DNA of 64,000 bases. Source: Octopus vulgaris. Taxonomy: Eukaryota. Shown here piece after piece: positions 41,157 through 54,944 of this stretch (the stretch's first letter is position 1; each line of letters starts with the position of its first letter). Where the stretch lies: the NCBI GenBank assembly GCA_951406725.2, contig OX597827.1, positions 67,580,001 through 67,644,000 on the forward strand, written 5' to 3'. The notes beneath the pieces were generated by a model. It did not search any database and was not told where the DNA came from. It worked only from the letters and a program-made list of their open reading frames with translations. The position numbers were made by a program, and so were the translations under genes.

Positions 41157-41326
41157 TTTATTTGCACATTAATGCAGAAACTAGAGTCTAGGGGTAACTA
41201 TAGAAATTTTTTTTTTTCATTCCGTTTGAAATTACTCTTATTAGTGGTTTGGGATTTAACTGCCCTTTCTAGCACGTAAGGTGTCCTAGTAAAGGTCACT
41301 TCATTTGTGAATAAATACTTACACTA

Positions 41327-41330
<4 letters not shown>
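40734..41330. repeat. Three near-identical tandem ~175-bp units separated by (TA)n
   Basis: Unit ATTAATTTATTTGCACATTAATGCAGAAAC...ATACTTACACTAATTT at about 40735, 40933 and 41150. Confidence 0.95.
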
Positions 41331-41382
<52 letters not shown>

Positions 41383-41629
41383 CCGGCCGCCAACACTTTT
41401 TTCTGAAAAATAGAGGTAGCTTATTCTGTTCAGGCTATATTATTAGCATTATCCTGCGTTTGAGAATTTAAAATCACTTCTTTAACTTTCTAAGACATCT
41501 CAACACTCCTAAAGCAAACTTCATTTGTTTGTTTACGTTCTTCGTAATTTGAATTTAACGTATGATAGATAGCGTCTCATGAAACGAAATTTCTATACAT
41601 CTTAAATTTGCGGAAGAATTTGTGGTGTG

Positions 41630-41709
41630 GGTAGTTTAGCTTAATTGGTTCAGAGCACCGCGACGCGTAATCACGGAGGTGTGAGTTCGCGTCTCATAGC
41701 TGGCCGCCA
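41630..41709 (+). pseudogene. tRNA-like sequence (CGT anticodon position), likely a repeat head
   Basis: TAGCTTAATTGGTTCAGAGC D-arm, CCGCGA/TCACGG anticodon stem, GTGAG-TTCGCGT-CTCAT T-arm; imperfect acceptor stem ending GCCA. Confidence 0.5.
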
Positions 41710-41878
41710 ACTCGTTTCTCTGCAAAATGGGGGTAGCTTATCCTGTTCAGGCTATATTATTAGCATTATCCTGCGATTGAGAATTCAAAGTCACTTGTTT
41801 AACTTTCTAAGACATCTCAACGCTTCTAAAAACAAACTTCGTTTGTTTACGTTCGTCGTAATTTGAATTTAAGAGAAA

Positions 41879-41985
<107 letters not shown>

Positions 41986-42289
41986 AGAGTTTATGAAGAA
42001 AACAAAAGACGAAGACAGGTGTTGTACAAAACAAACAGATGTATTAGTATAACTCTCAGGAATAGAAAATGTTTATATATATATATATATATATATGGAG
42101 GCTGTCTTGAGAGTTTGCAGGCTTTGTGTAAAAGAAAATGCTAGAGAATCAGTTAATTATAATCTTACTCAAGGCATTACTCTCTCAGATTTATTCACTT
42201 AATTCAGTGGTCCTTCATTTTGTTCTAAGGCCTGTAAAAGGACTCGGAATGTTGGTCCTCCAGAAACATGTTGGTCTGCATATATTTTT

Positions 42290-42558
42290 TTATTCCTTTA
42301 TTTCTTCCAGTCACTTCACTGCGGCCATGCTGGGGCACTATCTTTAGTCGAACAAATCGACCACAGGACTTATTCTTAGTAAGCGTAGCCCTTATTTTTT
42401 CGTCTTTTTTAAGCCGAACCGCTAAGTTATGAGGACGTATACTAGGCTTACAAAGAATAAGTCCTGGGGGCGACTTTCTCGACTAAAGTTGGTGCTCCAG
42501 CATGGTCATATTCAAATGACTGGAACAAGTAAAAGAGTAAAAGACTATACATACAAAC

Positions 42559-42616
<58 letters not shown>

Positions 42617-42775
42617 GACGGGCTGCTTTTAATTTCCGTCTACCAAATCCACTCACAATATTTTGGTCGGCCCGCGGCTATAGTAGGAGATACTTGCCTA
42701 AAATGCCACGCAGTGGGACTGAACCCAGGATCATGTGGTTGGTAAGCAAACTACTTACTGCACAGCCATTTCAGC
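42290..42775 (-). mobile_element. Family A SINE with an inverted tail copy inside
   Basis: Minus-strand tail 42290-42438, plus-strand tail 42440-42545, minus-strand head 42615-42775. Confidence 0.75.
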
Positions 42776-42788
42776 CCCTATGTATACA

Positions 42789-42846
<58 letters not shown>

Positions 42847-42850
42847 CATT

Positions 42851-42946
<96 letters not shown>

Positions 42947-43552
42947 TGTGCGTCTATACATTACCCAAGAGCTTACTGCACCCTGGTTTATTATATCACG
43001 CAAGCATATTGAAATTGGTCTTAAATTTAAATACCTTCCGTCATTGCTTTGTGCATTTGGGTATTTGTTCCTGCGTTGCACCCAATACACACAATCAATA
43101 AATAACATCTAGTGATTGACGGTAAAGGAAGCTGTGTTTCCTAATGAAACCAGAGTTGTCTCGCTTCATATCTGGTACTGAGGATCAAAAATAACGTCGA
43201 AATACACCCATTGGTGCGATACAAGATTCTCTGAGCTGATTATGTCGTTTTAACACTCTTTTGCCTTCAGACATAAATTTGATAAACTGCAGTGTCAAAC
43301 CCTTACCGGGGCAACTACCTATGAGACTTACTTGAACAAGCCTGAAGTTTGTAAAATACTTTCACCATTTTCTGCATCTACTCAGGTATAACAAATGTGT
43401 GCGTGTGTGTCTGTGTGAGTGAGGGTGTGCGTCTATGTGTCTGAGAGACTGTGTATATGCGGGCGCATGTATATAAATGTCTGTATCTGTGTGTGTGCAT
43501 AGGGAAAGTACATAGACAGACAGATAGAAGGTATATCACACATGTATACGCA

Positions 43553-43599
<47 letters not shown>

Positions 43600-43679
43600 T
43601 ATATACGTATACATTTATGCGTATACAAGCATATATATATATATATATCCACGCATATGTACGTGTGCTTTATGGATGT

Positions 43680-43759
<80 letters not shown>

Positions 43760-43918
43760 ATGTATGTGTGTATATGTGTTCACACACAGACACATACATA
43801 GAAAAATATATACAGATATATATATATAGATATAGGTGTATGTATAGATATATTTGTATATATATACATATATGTGTATGTATATACATGTATATATACA
43901 TATATATCCTAAGCATAC

Positions 43919-44098
<180 letters not shown>

Positions 44099-44694
44099 CA
44101 CGTGTATACATTCGATGTATTCATGATATGAATGTTGCACACGTAAATCAAAGACAACTGTTACTAGGATTATAACTCTGTATGCTACGTAAGACAAGGG
44201 AAAAAGGCAAAAATATATTTGCTATTCAGGAGCAGGCTATCGTCAGCACACGACGTCTTGAGAGGAAGCTGTGTAAATCATGTAAGCTTCATGATAAATG
44301 TCACCTATGTGAGCGGTTTACTGAAACAATTCATCATTTTGCCGTTCTGTTATAGTTTTGTTTTTGTTTTTTGATGTTGTTGTATTTTTGTGGGTTTTTT
44401 TGTTTTGTTTTTATTCGCTTATTTATTTATTGTTTGCGTTTATACCTTCTAGCTTTGTTACAAAATATTCTTAGAAATAGAATCTAGCGAAGATGTTACA
44501 TTGTACGCATGCTCGCCAAACACCGTGTTGTTACTTCATATAACCATGTATAAATAGACAGATTTTGGTAGGTCTGTAGGTAGGAAGGTAGATAGATAGA
44601 TAGATAGATAGATCGATAGATAGATAGATAGATTGATAAATTGATAGCTAGATATGTGGGTAGAGAGATAGATAGATACATAGATACATAGATG

Positions 44695-44784
<90 letters not shown>

Positions 44785-44803
44785 CATTTTGAGATATTTC
44801 TAG

Positions 44804-44881
<78 letters not shown>

Positions 44882-44981
44882 TATACATATGTATATATAT
44901 ATATGAATATATATATATATATATGTATATATATGTATATATACATATGTATATATACATATATATATATATGTATATATA

Positions 44982-45020
<39 letters not shown>

Positions 45021-45056
45021 CATATATATACATATATATATGTATATATATATATG

Positions 45057-45186
<130 letters not shown>

Positions 45187-45662
45187 CAGATGGAAAATAA
45201 TCACAAGATTTCACAGAATTCTCTCGTGCATACAAATTAACAACTAGCAAGCACCAAAAATCACCAAATCCTCCATTGCTTTTGTTCTGTTCTCATTGCC
45301 ATTTTCTTGTTATGTCAGATTTGTGTTGTGTTGCGTTGTGTATTTGTCCGTCTTCGTAAGGTTTTTGCCTCTATACTATTTTGAGTTTGTCTTATTTTCT
45401 GGGGGGTTTGGGGGTGGGAGGGTGGGTGTAGGTTGTGTTTTTTTTTTACGTGTGAGAAGTTGCTGTTTGTGTGTGTTTGTTTTTAACGTTTTTCCTGTTG
45501 CTGGGGAAATGAGATACTGAAATTCCGTTCACCGTGGGCCTTCTCACAGCACCGACATGGGTAATACATAGGAAAGCTGGCGAGAAAGAGTGGGGGGAGG
45601 AGGAGGAGCAGGAGAAGAAGAAGAAGAAGAAGAAGAAGAAGAAGAAGAAGAAGAAGAAAAAG

Positions 45663-45694
<32 letters not shown>

Positions 45695-45743
45695 CCACAA
45701 CAACAACAGTAGTAGCAGTAGCAACAATATGACGATGACGATA

Positions 45744-45805
<62 letters not shown>

Positions 45806-45842
45806 GAAGAAGAAGAAGAAGAAGAAGAGTTACGGAAGATGC

Positions 45843-45942
<100 letters not shown>

Positions 45943-46139
45943 GGTGGTGGTGGTGATGACGACGACGACGACGATGATGATGATGATGAAGAAGATGATG
46001 ATGATGATTATGAAGATACCCTTCGGTCATGCATGACCACGGGATTGTACCTAGGAAGTTCACTTCCGAGGTATAACTCCAGGCAATGTTGTTTTTATGG
46101 AAGACCAGCAGTCGCCCATGCATACCAGCTTCCTCTCTC

Positions 46140-46445
46140 AGTGGTAAGAGCTTCGGGCTCACAATCATGAGGCAGTAAGTTCGATTCCCTGACTGGTCCG
46201 TGTGTTGTGTTCTTGAGCAAGACACTTTATTTCACATTTCACCAGTCCACTCAGCTGTAGAAATGAGTTGCGATATCACTGGTGCCAAGCTAGATCGGCC
46301 CCTTTGCCTATCCCTTGGACAACATCGGTGGGGTGGAGCATAAAGATTAGTGTGCATGAGTGACTGCTGGTCTTCCATAAACAATCTTATCCGGACTTGT
46401 ACCTCGAAGGGGACCTTTCTAGGTGAAATCACATGGTCGTTCATA
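46140..46445 (+). mobile_element. tRNA-derived SINE (CORE/V-like centre), preceded by an inverted tail copy at 46020-46138
   Basis: AGTGGTAAGAGC...GTTCGATTCC head; TGTGTTCTTGAGCAAGACACTTT core. GGAAGACCAGCAGTC at 46099 is the reverse complement of GACTGCTGGTCTTCC at 46362. Confidence 0.65.
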
Positions 46446-48051
46446 AATTTAATATAAAATACCAAATCTTTTGGTGCGTGACTTTTCGCCCACCCTGCAT
46501 TTAAATTACAGCTGAGCACTATTACAACACCATCTGAGGGACATTCTCATTCGCACAAACTACCTTCCATTTCAGGTATTGTTACCAACAATCATCCAGA
46601 TATACCTGTAATATATCCATCCTAAAGAGCACTGGTTCTTTAGGATGGATATTTTGCAGGTACCCTGGTTTAGGTAGTGGGTAGCGATTTTCTTCACTAC
46701 TTCAGGGAGTGACGATCCTGTCTGACACGAGTCCCGGTCTCAGCTAGCTCCGGCTGACAGTACCCGGTATGGGCCCCTATCCAGGGTTACGGAAAGGAGA
46801 CAACCTTCAAAGAAATACGAAGTGCTGCCCCGTAGGTGTTTTAGTGTTCGACTCGACACTCTTCTGGCAGCTCCTGCAACCAAGCTGGTGCCAAATGTAA
46901 TGCTCTGCACTCTGCTGGACTACGTCAGCAAGGTCGAGAGAGAGGAATCCTGACGACTGGGCTGCCCAGGATTTTCTTACATCTAGCCCAGGCCTGCGCA
47001 AAACTGGAGAGGAAACTGGAGAGGACATGAAATGTAAAAACCAGACTGGATAAGTTTATGCGTAACTCCATTGTCTCCAGAGACAAAAAAAGGATGCCGA
47101 CTACAACAAAGAACACTGGTAACAACAGCAATAGCTTCAATAGCCATCGGACATTCTATTGGGAAGCACACTATGAACGGTAAGTGTAGAAATGAACTAA
47201 ATCTATGATATTGTCTGAAGCGGCTCTGGTTAGGACATCATGGAGGCATACAAAAGCAGAATGGATAGTGGAACAGGCATTTACACACTGTTATGTTGCA
47301 CTACTCACTATAAATGCATGCCGGTGTGCACTGTTCTTATGTTTAGATAGTTATCGTAGCTCTTTGTTGTAAAGATCTACGACAGCTATCTAAATAAAAG
47401 AAAGGGAATATTTACTATGTGTATGCACGAAATAAATTAACGCTGTCCAACTGGAACATTGCAACAACTCCAGATTATAACGACACCTCATACGAATCTT
47501 ACTGGTAACATTTTGCGTCAGCCACTATTCTTCCAACATGTCCAACATTTGAAATCCACCACACATCCACATTCACCGCCATCACGACTATATATGTATC
47601 AGCTCCTCACATCTCATGTTTCATATCGCAGCTTTCTTTCTCGCACGCTCAACAAAACAAACAACAACAATCAATTCATAAGCACACTGCCAATATGAAA
47701 GTGCATAAACATTTCGATGACCCATCTAACAAAGAAGGAAAACGTAGATAATTCTCAAGTATTTTAAGCAAGCATTGGTAGTTCAGAGAACGCGATCTAT
47801 GTCTTTATAGATATGAGCTGCCACTTTGAGTTTCAATGTTTTGATTCGTATGATAAGTTTTGACAATACAAGAGCCATAATCTATGTTTGTAAAAGCCTG
47901 ATTTATTGTTCCCGCAGCCATAATTTTATTTATTCCCAATCCTGTTATTTTACGCTTATTCATATGTTAACTATTATGTGATCTCCGGCGATATAGTTTG
48001 AAGATTGAATAAACGAATAAGCTCCGGTTATACACCCTATCAAGTCAAATA

Positions 48052-48688
48052 CACGGTGTCCCAGAAATATTTACCTATAGAATATCGGTTTAGGTAATAT
48101 TATCTACATTTTACATAAAGGTTTGCAAATGTCTTTTGTTCATCTATCTATGGTTTCGTTCGTCTATAACGGATTTGTAAACAAACATGGCGTCGAAAGT
48201 AATACGTGACCAGATTATCTTTTTGAAAACGGCTGGAGTGAATAACAAGGACATGACAAAACAGTTAAATGTGTGCCGTGAAACAGTCTTCAATATCTTG
48301 AAAAGATACATGCAATCCGTTACTACCTCTAGAAAGCCTATTCGTAGCAGGAAACGGTTAATTCGTACCAAACAAATTGTTGAAGCTGTGAAGAAGCTAA
48401 TGAACCGAAATAAGCTGCAAGTGTGCAAGAAAAACTGCGAAAACTCTTGATATTTCGAAATTGTCAATGCATAGGATTTTTAAAGAGAATTTAAAGCTAA
48501 CTGCATACAAGAAACAATTCAGTTCGCAAGCTATGATCAAGGAGGAAGGTGGTCATTTTGAAATATAATTACTGCAAAGGATTGACAATTTACATCAGAA
48601 TGCGTGTGCTAAAATTTCATTATCCTACCTTGAGTTTATTTTAAATAATTAAGAAATATCAATGGGTAAATCATTCTGAGAAACCCTA
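48052..48688 (+). mobile_element. Internally deleted Tc1/maT-like DNA transposon
   Basis: Imperfect TIRs (CACGGTGTCCCAGAAATATTTACC / GGTAAATCATTCTGAGAAACCCTA), TA flanks, N-terminal HTH-like ORF 48187-48450, C-terminal GGHFEI*. Confidence 0.7.
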
Positions 48689-48747
48689 TATTTGCGCTTC
48701 TAACATGAAACTTGGGTTACTTTGCTGATTTATCAAGTTACTTTATA

Positions 48748-49313
48748 TTGGGTTGTCCGGAAAGTTCGTGCCGATTTTTAAAGGAAAGAAAATTGTCAAT
48801 AATTACTTGCCATTACATTTTTAATCAACCAAGTATGAACCATTTTGTTGCACAATGCGTCTCCATCTTTCCTTTAACTTGAAAATACCCTCTTCCCAAA
48901 ATTGAGGTGCTGTCATAGCAAAGAATTCATCAAGGTATCTTTTTACATCATCCAAGGAATTGAAATTTTTACCATTAAGACTATTCTGCAGAGACCTGAA
49001 TAAATGGAAATCCGAAGGAGCAATATCTGGTGAATATGGAGGATGGGGTAACACATCCCAGCCGAGCTGTAGCAATTTTTGTCTGATTCCTAAAGCATCA
49101 AGTGCCGAAAATAAACTTTCTTATCTTCCATCTTAAAGGGTTACAGAATTAACACAGGTTATAGGAACATAAACTTTCTTCCACGAAAAGATAGCTTAAA
49201 CTGTGCTCTAAATGGAGGTGTAGTCAAATTCTATTCTATGGACTCAACCATGTTCTAAAATAAGTCGAAAGGTAGGCTACTATAAATCGGCACGAACTTT
49301 CCGGACAATCTAA
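48748..49313 (-). mobile_element. Internally deleted mariner (DD34D) element
   Basis: TA TSDs; TIR TTGGGTTGTCCGGAAAGTTCGTGCCGATTT / AAATCGGCACGAACTTTCCGGACAATCTAA. MEDKKVYFRHLML start fused to GWDVLPHPPYSPDIAPSDFHLFRSLQNSL. Confidence 0.93.
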
Positions 49314-49679
49314 TACAAAAACAAATTTTAACTTTCAAATACATTGAGTACTTTCATTTACTTACACTACGATTCAATGACCAAGTAGTTCACTTAATCG
49401 ACCTCCTTCAACAATCATACTCGAAACCAACAGAAATCCATTTAATTTTTACTGATCGTGGGACTCTTCTCTGGACTTTTCTGTCGCAGATTCTGAAGAG
49501 TGTTGTGAAATTTCTTGATGGATAATGTGCACCAATGATTTTGTTTACTGTAATCAATTGTTAGTGCTATATATTAACTCACTCCCTCCATCAATTTGAC
49601 ATTGGATCTGCAGGTACACGGTGTGCCACATGTCAGATGTCGAAGTGGTCACACAGCAACGTTAGATAAAGCGTTTTGC

Positions 49680-50121
49680 GGATCTTTTCGGTTTGAACGG
49701 CAGTTTTTAACATAATTTCTAGGTAACTAAAAAATTTTTAACTTCGTATACTGGTAGAATGTGTTTATAAAACATCTTTTTCTCTTGGCTTTATTGAGAA
49801 AATTCTATAGTTTGTAAAATATTTGTTGTTTTTTTTCTTCAATATCTGCAATTCAACCAATCAATGACCGTCTATTGAGGTGAAAACATTCTGTGCTGTA
49901 TGAATATGTCCCTCGTTTAAGAAACAGATTAGGTTTATTTATTGGATGAAGAAAAAAAGATACCCTTCCCCCACCCCTAACCCAAACCCGAACCCTAACC
50001 CTAACTAACCCTAACCCTAAAACAGATTGAAATTCAATAGATCGATACTAGGGTCATAATTATGGGTGACAATTTTATATGTCACCGCCAGAAAAAACTG
50101 CCGTCCAAACTGAAAAGATCC
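49680..50121. mobile_element. MITE with GG termini, 8-bp TSD and internal telomeric repeats (Merlin-like)
   Basis: TIR GGATCTTTTCGGTTTGAACGGCAGTTTTT / AAAAACTGCCGTCCAAACTGAAAAGATCC; TSD CGTTTTGC (49672-49679 and 50122-50129). Confidence 0.85.
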
Positions 50122-51069
50122 CGTTTTGCTAATAAATACAACGCACTGCTCGATCCAGGAATCGAAATCACGACCATACAGTCGTGGAGGGGAAACAACT
50201 TTTAACCACTAAGTTATTTTAAGCAAGTAGCTTTTACTTATATATGTATTTATGCATTATGTACGTTTATATGTGTGTGTGTGTGTGTATGTGCGTGTGT
50301 GTGCGCGTGTGCATGTGTGTGTACGCATTGCACCATCTTAATTGCAAGATAAATATTTGAATAAAAAGCGAAACGTGATGAAGTAAAATTTGAATGTGTA
50401 CTGATCTGTCTATTAAAGACAAGCTGTTTGTTTACAAGATCGTCTTTTGTTTTGCTGGAGATTGTCAGTGTTGTGTCTATGAAGACAACACAGCACCCAG
50501 ATGACATCGTAAATTTCCTCCCGCTCCACCGCCTCCACTGAAGGCTACTCGTTTATCAACATTAAAATCTTTCTTATGCGTCCAATCGTATGTTGCAATT
50601 CCCGTCTTGACAATGTTCTAAAATTAGCACGTAACAAAACAAGATTCTTAATAGATGTGTCGCAATCTTGTTTCTATCTCTTTCCCCTCTGGATTTAAAT
50701 ATATTTCAAACATCCTCCCACATCCCTCTGTGTCCCTCCTACTTCTTCTCTCTCTCTCATGCGCTCTCTCTTTTTGTCTCTTTTTGTCTCTTTGTCTCTC
50801 AACGCATGTATTGTGTTGTACACGTACTAACGACGAATGGCACATGTAAGTACATGCACACACATTCACACACGCACGCACACACAAACAAACACATAGC
50901 AACACACACACACATATAGAGAGATGTAGATATATAGATATAGATAGGAAGCTTGATAGATAGATAGACAGACACACAGACACAAAATAGTTGGACAGAT
51001 AGATAGAGAGACAGACAGATAGACACATAGGAAGGCAGACAGACAAATAGACAGACCGACCGACAGACT

Positions 51070-51141
<72 letters not shown>

Positions 51142-51202
51142 TGTAGGTAGATAGATAGATAGTTGGATGGATGGATGGATGGATAGATAGATCGATAGAT
51201 AG

Positions 51203-51283
<81 letters not shown>

Positions 51284-51312
51284 TATAGTTGGATGGATTG
51301 ATGGATAGATAG

Positions 51313-51429
<117 letters not shown>

Positions 51430-52353
51430 GGGCTCTCCCCATTTTGCGCTATATAAATACACACACACACACACACACATATATCATGGTGTTTACTCTA
51501 TGGAATTGTAGACGTGTGTGCGTGGGTACGTACATGTATGTGTATATGTGTGCATGCACGCGTACTTAAAATGGAATACGTTATCCGGCACAACAATGGA
51601 AAACAAAAGACTACGCAATCTTAGCACCACTTAGAGATTTGAAATACTGCTTAACAAAAGGCCTACTCTTAATCAACATTCCGCAAGGGTATCTTCTTTC
51701 AATCATAGAATACTTAACGACTTACATTTATCTTAAACGTATAACATACCCTTATAGGGAAGTTTATTTATATCAACACGCAAACTTCTCTTCGTTTTAA
51801 CAAATTATATTTTCACTCAGTTGTAAATATATTTATCGAATTCTGAACAAAAATTTTGAATAGAGAGAAATTATTACAAAATGATAAGTACACATATAAA
51901 AACAAATCTGAAATGAATCAAAATAAACTGGATAAGTTTTATGAAAATATATATGATAAATATATGTGTTGGATGTAAATGTAGTTGTAATCGCCATAAT
52001 AAATTTTTTTCCAGTCTGTTCCTCTTTCACATAACTTCTAGTTTAGTACACAACTCCCCATCTACCTCTCTCTCTCTCTCTCTCTTTCCTTATGTATGTA
52101 TGTGTGTGTGTATAGGCATGTATGTATGTATAAGTTTTCTTTGAGCTTCATTTAAGTTCTTCGTGAGAGAGTTCAAGACTTTTTGAGTTAAGAGATTTCC
52201 TGATGTTTGTAAATATGTAGTTGAGTTCATGCGTTGGCTGAATCGTCGGTGTATACACCAAAATGTTAGCACCTATTCACATAAGAACCTCAGATGGAGA
52301 ATATTTGGGAAAGTCTTACAAACCTTGACTGTGCCACTAATAGATTGGATTTG

Positions 52354-52908
52354 TTGTTTGTTCCTTCTCGAGCCACACCTGGCTCATATGGGCCGGTTTC
52401 CCGGTTTCCTTGGCGTATAGGTTCCCCACCTGGACACGACACCCGTCCGTCGCAGGTGAGCTGCAAGATGCAGGAGGAAAGAGTGAGAGAAAGTTGTGGC
52501 GAAAGAGTCAGGAGAAGTTCGCCATTACCTTCTGTCGGAGCCGTGTGGAGCTTAGGTGTTTCGCTCATAAACACACACATCGTCCGGTCTGAGATTCGAA
52601 CCCCGCGATCCCTCGACCGCAAGTCCGCTGCTCTAACCACTAGGCCATGTAACTCCACCATGCACCCTTTTAAAGCCTAGCCAGGCTCATGGGCCCAGTT
52701 TCCCGGTTTCAATGGCGTATGTGTTCCCCAGCTGGACGGGACGCCAGTCCAGCGCAACGTTACCCATTTTTGCCAGCTGAGTGGACTGGAGCAACGTGAA
52801 ATGAAGTGTTTTGCTCAAGAACACAACGCATCGTCCGGTCCAGGAATCGAAACCACAATCTTACGATCAGGTTGCTGACACCTTAACCACTTGGCCACGC
52901 GCCTCCAC
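52354..52908 (-). mobile_element. Head-to-tail SINE dimer within one TSD
   Basis: 15-bp TSD AATAGATTGGATTTG (52339-52353 and 52909-52923) around two different SINEs (52640-52908 and 52354-52638). Confidence 0.85.
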
Positions 52909-53322
52909 AATAGATTGGATTTGGAGAATATGAGTCAGTCCCTTTTGCTCATTTTCTTTGAAACCAAATATGTCTAGGTTTTTGTCCAAATTTGTTGGTA
53001 CATAACTTAATTCACCAATGATGATAGGTACAAATGAAATTCATAGTCGGAGTTCAAGGGCTATGTATGTATGCATTTATGCATGTATGTATGCATGTAT
53101 GCACGCATATATGTATGTATGTACGCATGTATGCATGGGAAATATATGTGTATGTACACAAACACACACGTATATTTCTCAACACGATCTTTAAAGATAT
53201 TAAGCTATACTTCCTTGAAAAGAAGTAAGTTAACTTCAAAATGGATCGAAAATGTTGATTCTCCCTTCTTTAAATTTCTGTTACACTTTAATAGTTACTC
53301 TCTTCAGAATAAGAAATGACAT

Positions 53323-53416
<94 letters not shown>

Positions 53417-53478
53417 GTCTGTCTGTCTGTCTATCATTCTATCTATCTATCTGGATATATGTGTGTATGTATGCGCGC

Positions 53479-53548
<70 letters not shown>

Positions 53549-53564
53549 ATATATATACATGTGT

Positions 53565-53603
<39 letters not shown>

Positions 53604-53821
53604 CGTGTGTATAGTGAGAATTTACAAAAAAAAAGAACAGATGTATTAATTTAACGCTCGGGAAGTGAAAATGTCTTTTACGTTTCGAGCCAACGGTCTT
53701 CAACAGAAAGGAACACAGAAATAAACAGAGAGAGAAAATATATACATACACACATATATATATACACATATACATATATACATATAGATATATATACATA
53801 CATGTATATACATATATATGC

Positions 53822-53869
<48 letters not shown>

Positions 53870-53875
<6 letters not shown>

Positions 53876-54243
53876 GGCAGTTTGTCTGTGTGTGTTTCTG
53901 TGTGTCTGTTTGCTTGTACCCTCACCCTGACCACGGCTTTCAACCGATTCTGATGAAACTTGACACACACATAGCCCAATGTCATAATTCAAAACTAACG
54001 CAGCGAAAATTTTGAAAAGTCCCCCCAGTTCTGAAAAAGATCGATAAATTCAACATGGGGTCGACAATCAGAAATACAAACCACAGATGGTCATGGGGAC
54101 GCAACTCGACCTTTTTAACTATCAAAAAAAATTTACCATCTTTTTTTTCCCATTTTTTTGCTATTTTTTGGCTATAACTCTCAAAAAAATCCTTTATAGT
54201 TATTTCCCTTACAAACCCGAGCAACGCCGGGCGATACTGCTAG
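53870..54243 (+). mobile_element. Non-autonomous Helitron (copy 2)
   Basis: Reverse-complement homolog of 1204-1588; ends CCCGAGCAACGCCGGGCGATACTGCTAG|T; inserted in (TA)n. Confidence 0.85.
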
Positions 54244-54944
54244 TATATATATATATATATATACGTCACTGTTTTTACTTTAACCTCTTCCCCTACAAAC
54301 GTGTCCTTCGTATATAGTTAGTCGTCCGTTGCTCTGAATAGGATTGGAATTGCATCAGACGTGAAGAATATTCGCTGGTCAACGTCAATTCATTATTCCA
54401 AGAGAATTCCAACTTGAAAATATCAAATTCCCCAAAACCATTGTATACGCGGACATTGATTGATTGTCAAAATTTCCAGTCTGTAATTTGTTGGATGTAT
54501 TCTGTCTTTAAGAAACAAAAACAATAAAAATCTAATATGTATTCTTATCTCTAAAACTCTTCTTTTATTCCAGTTTTATTTTATCTTCTTGTGCTTAATT
54601 TGTTCTTGAATTTATGTCTGTCAAGGACAGCTGAACAGAGCTCAATGTGAATACGGGCAAAGGAAGCGAATGCTAGACCAGAAAAGCAATATTGCAAACT
54701 GTTAAACAGCACACTAGGAGGGAATCCCAGATTAAAGTAGTTCCACGAGGTAACTTCTTACCGTGGTTTTCATTTCCGAACGATATACGCCACAGTTGAG
54801 GAAAATAAGATTACCACAAGGCTCCAGGTTCAAACCCCCAAAAAAGCATCATTTTACAAACGTAGCCGAACTGGCCCCTCTTAGAGCGTCAGGAACTAAC
54901 GAGATAAAATGCTTGCTTGAGGAGAGTTCTTCCTCTGAATTTTT

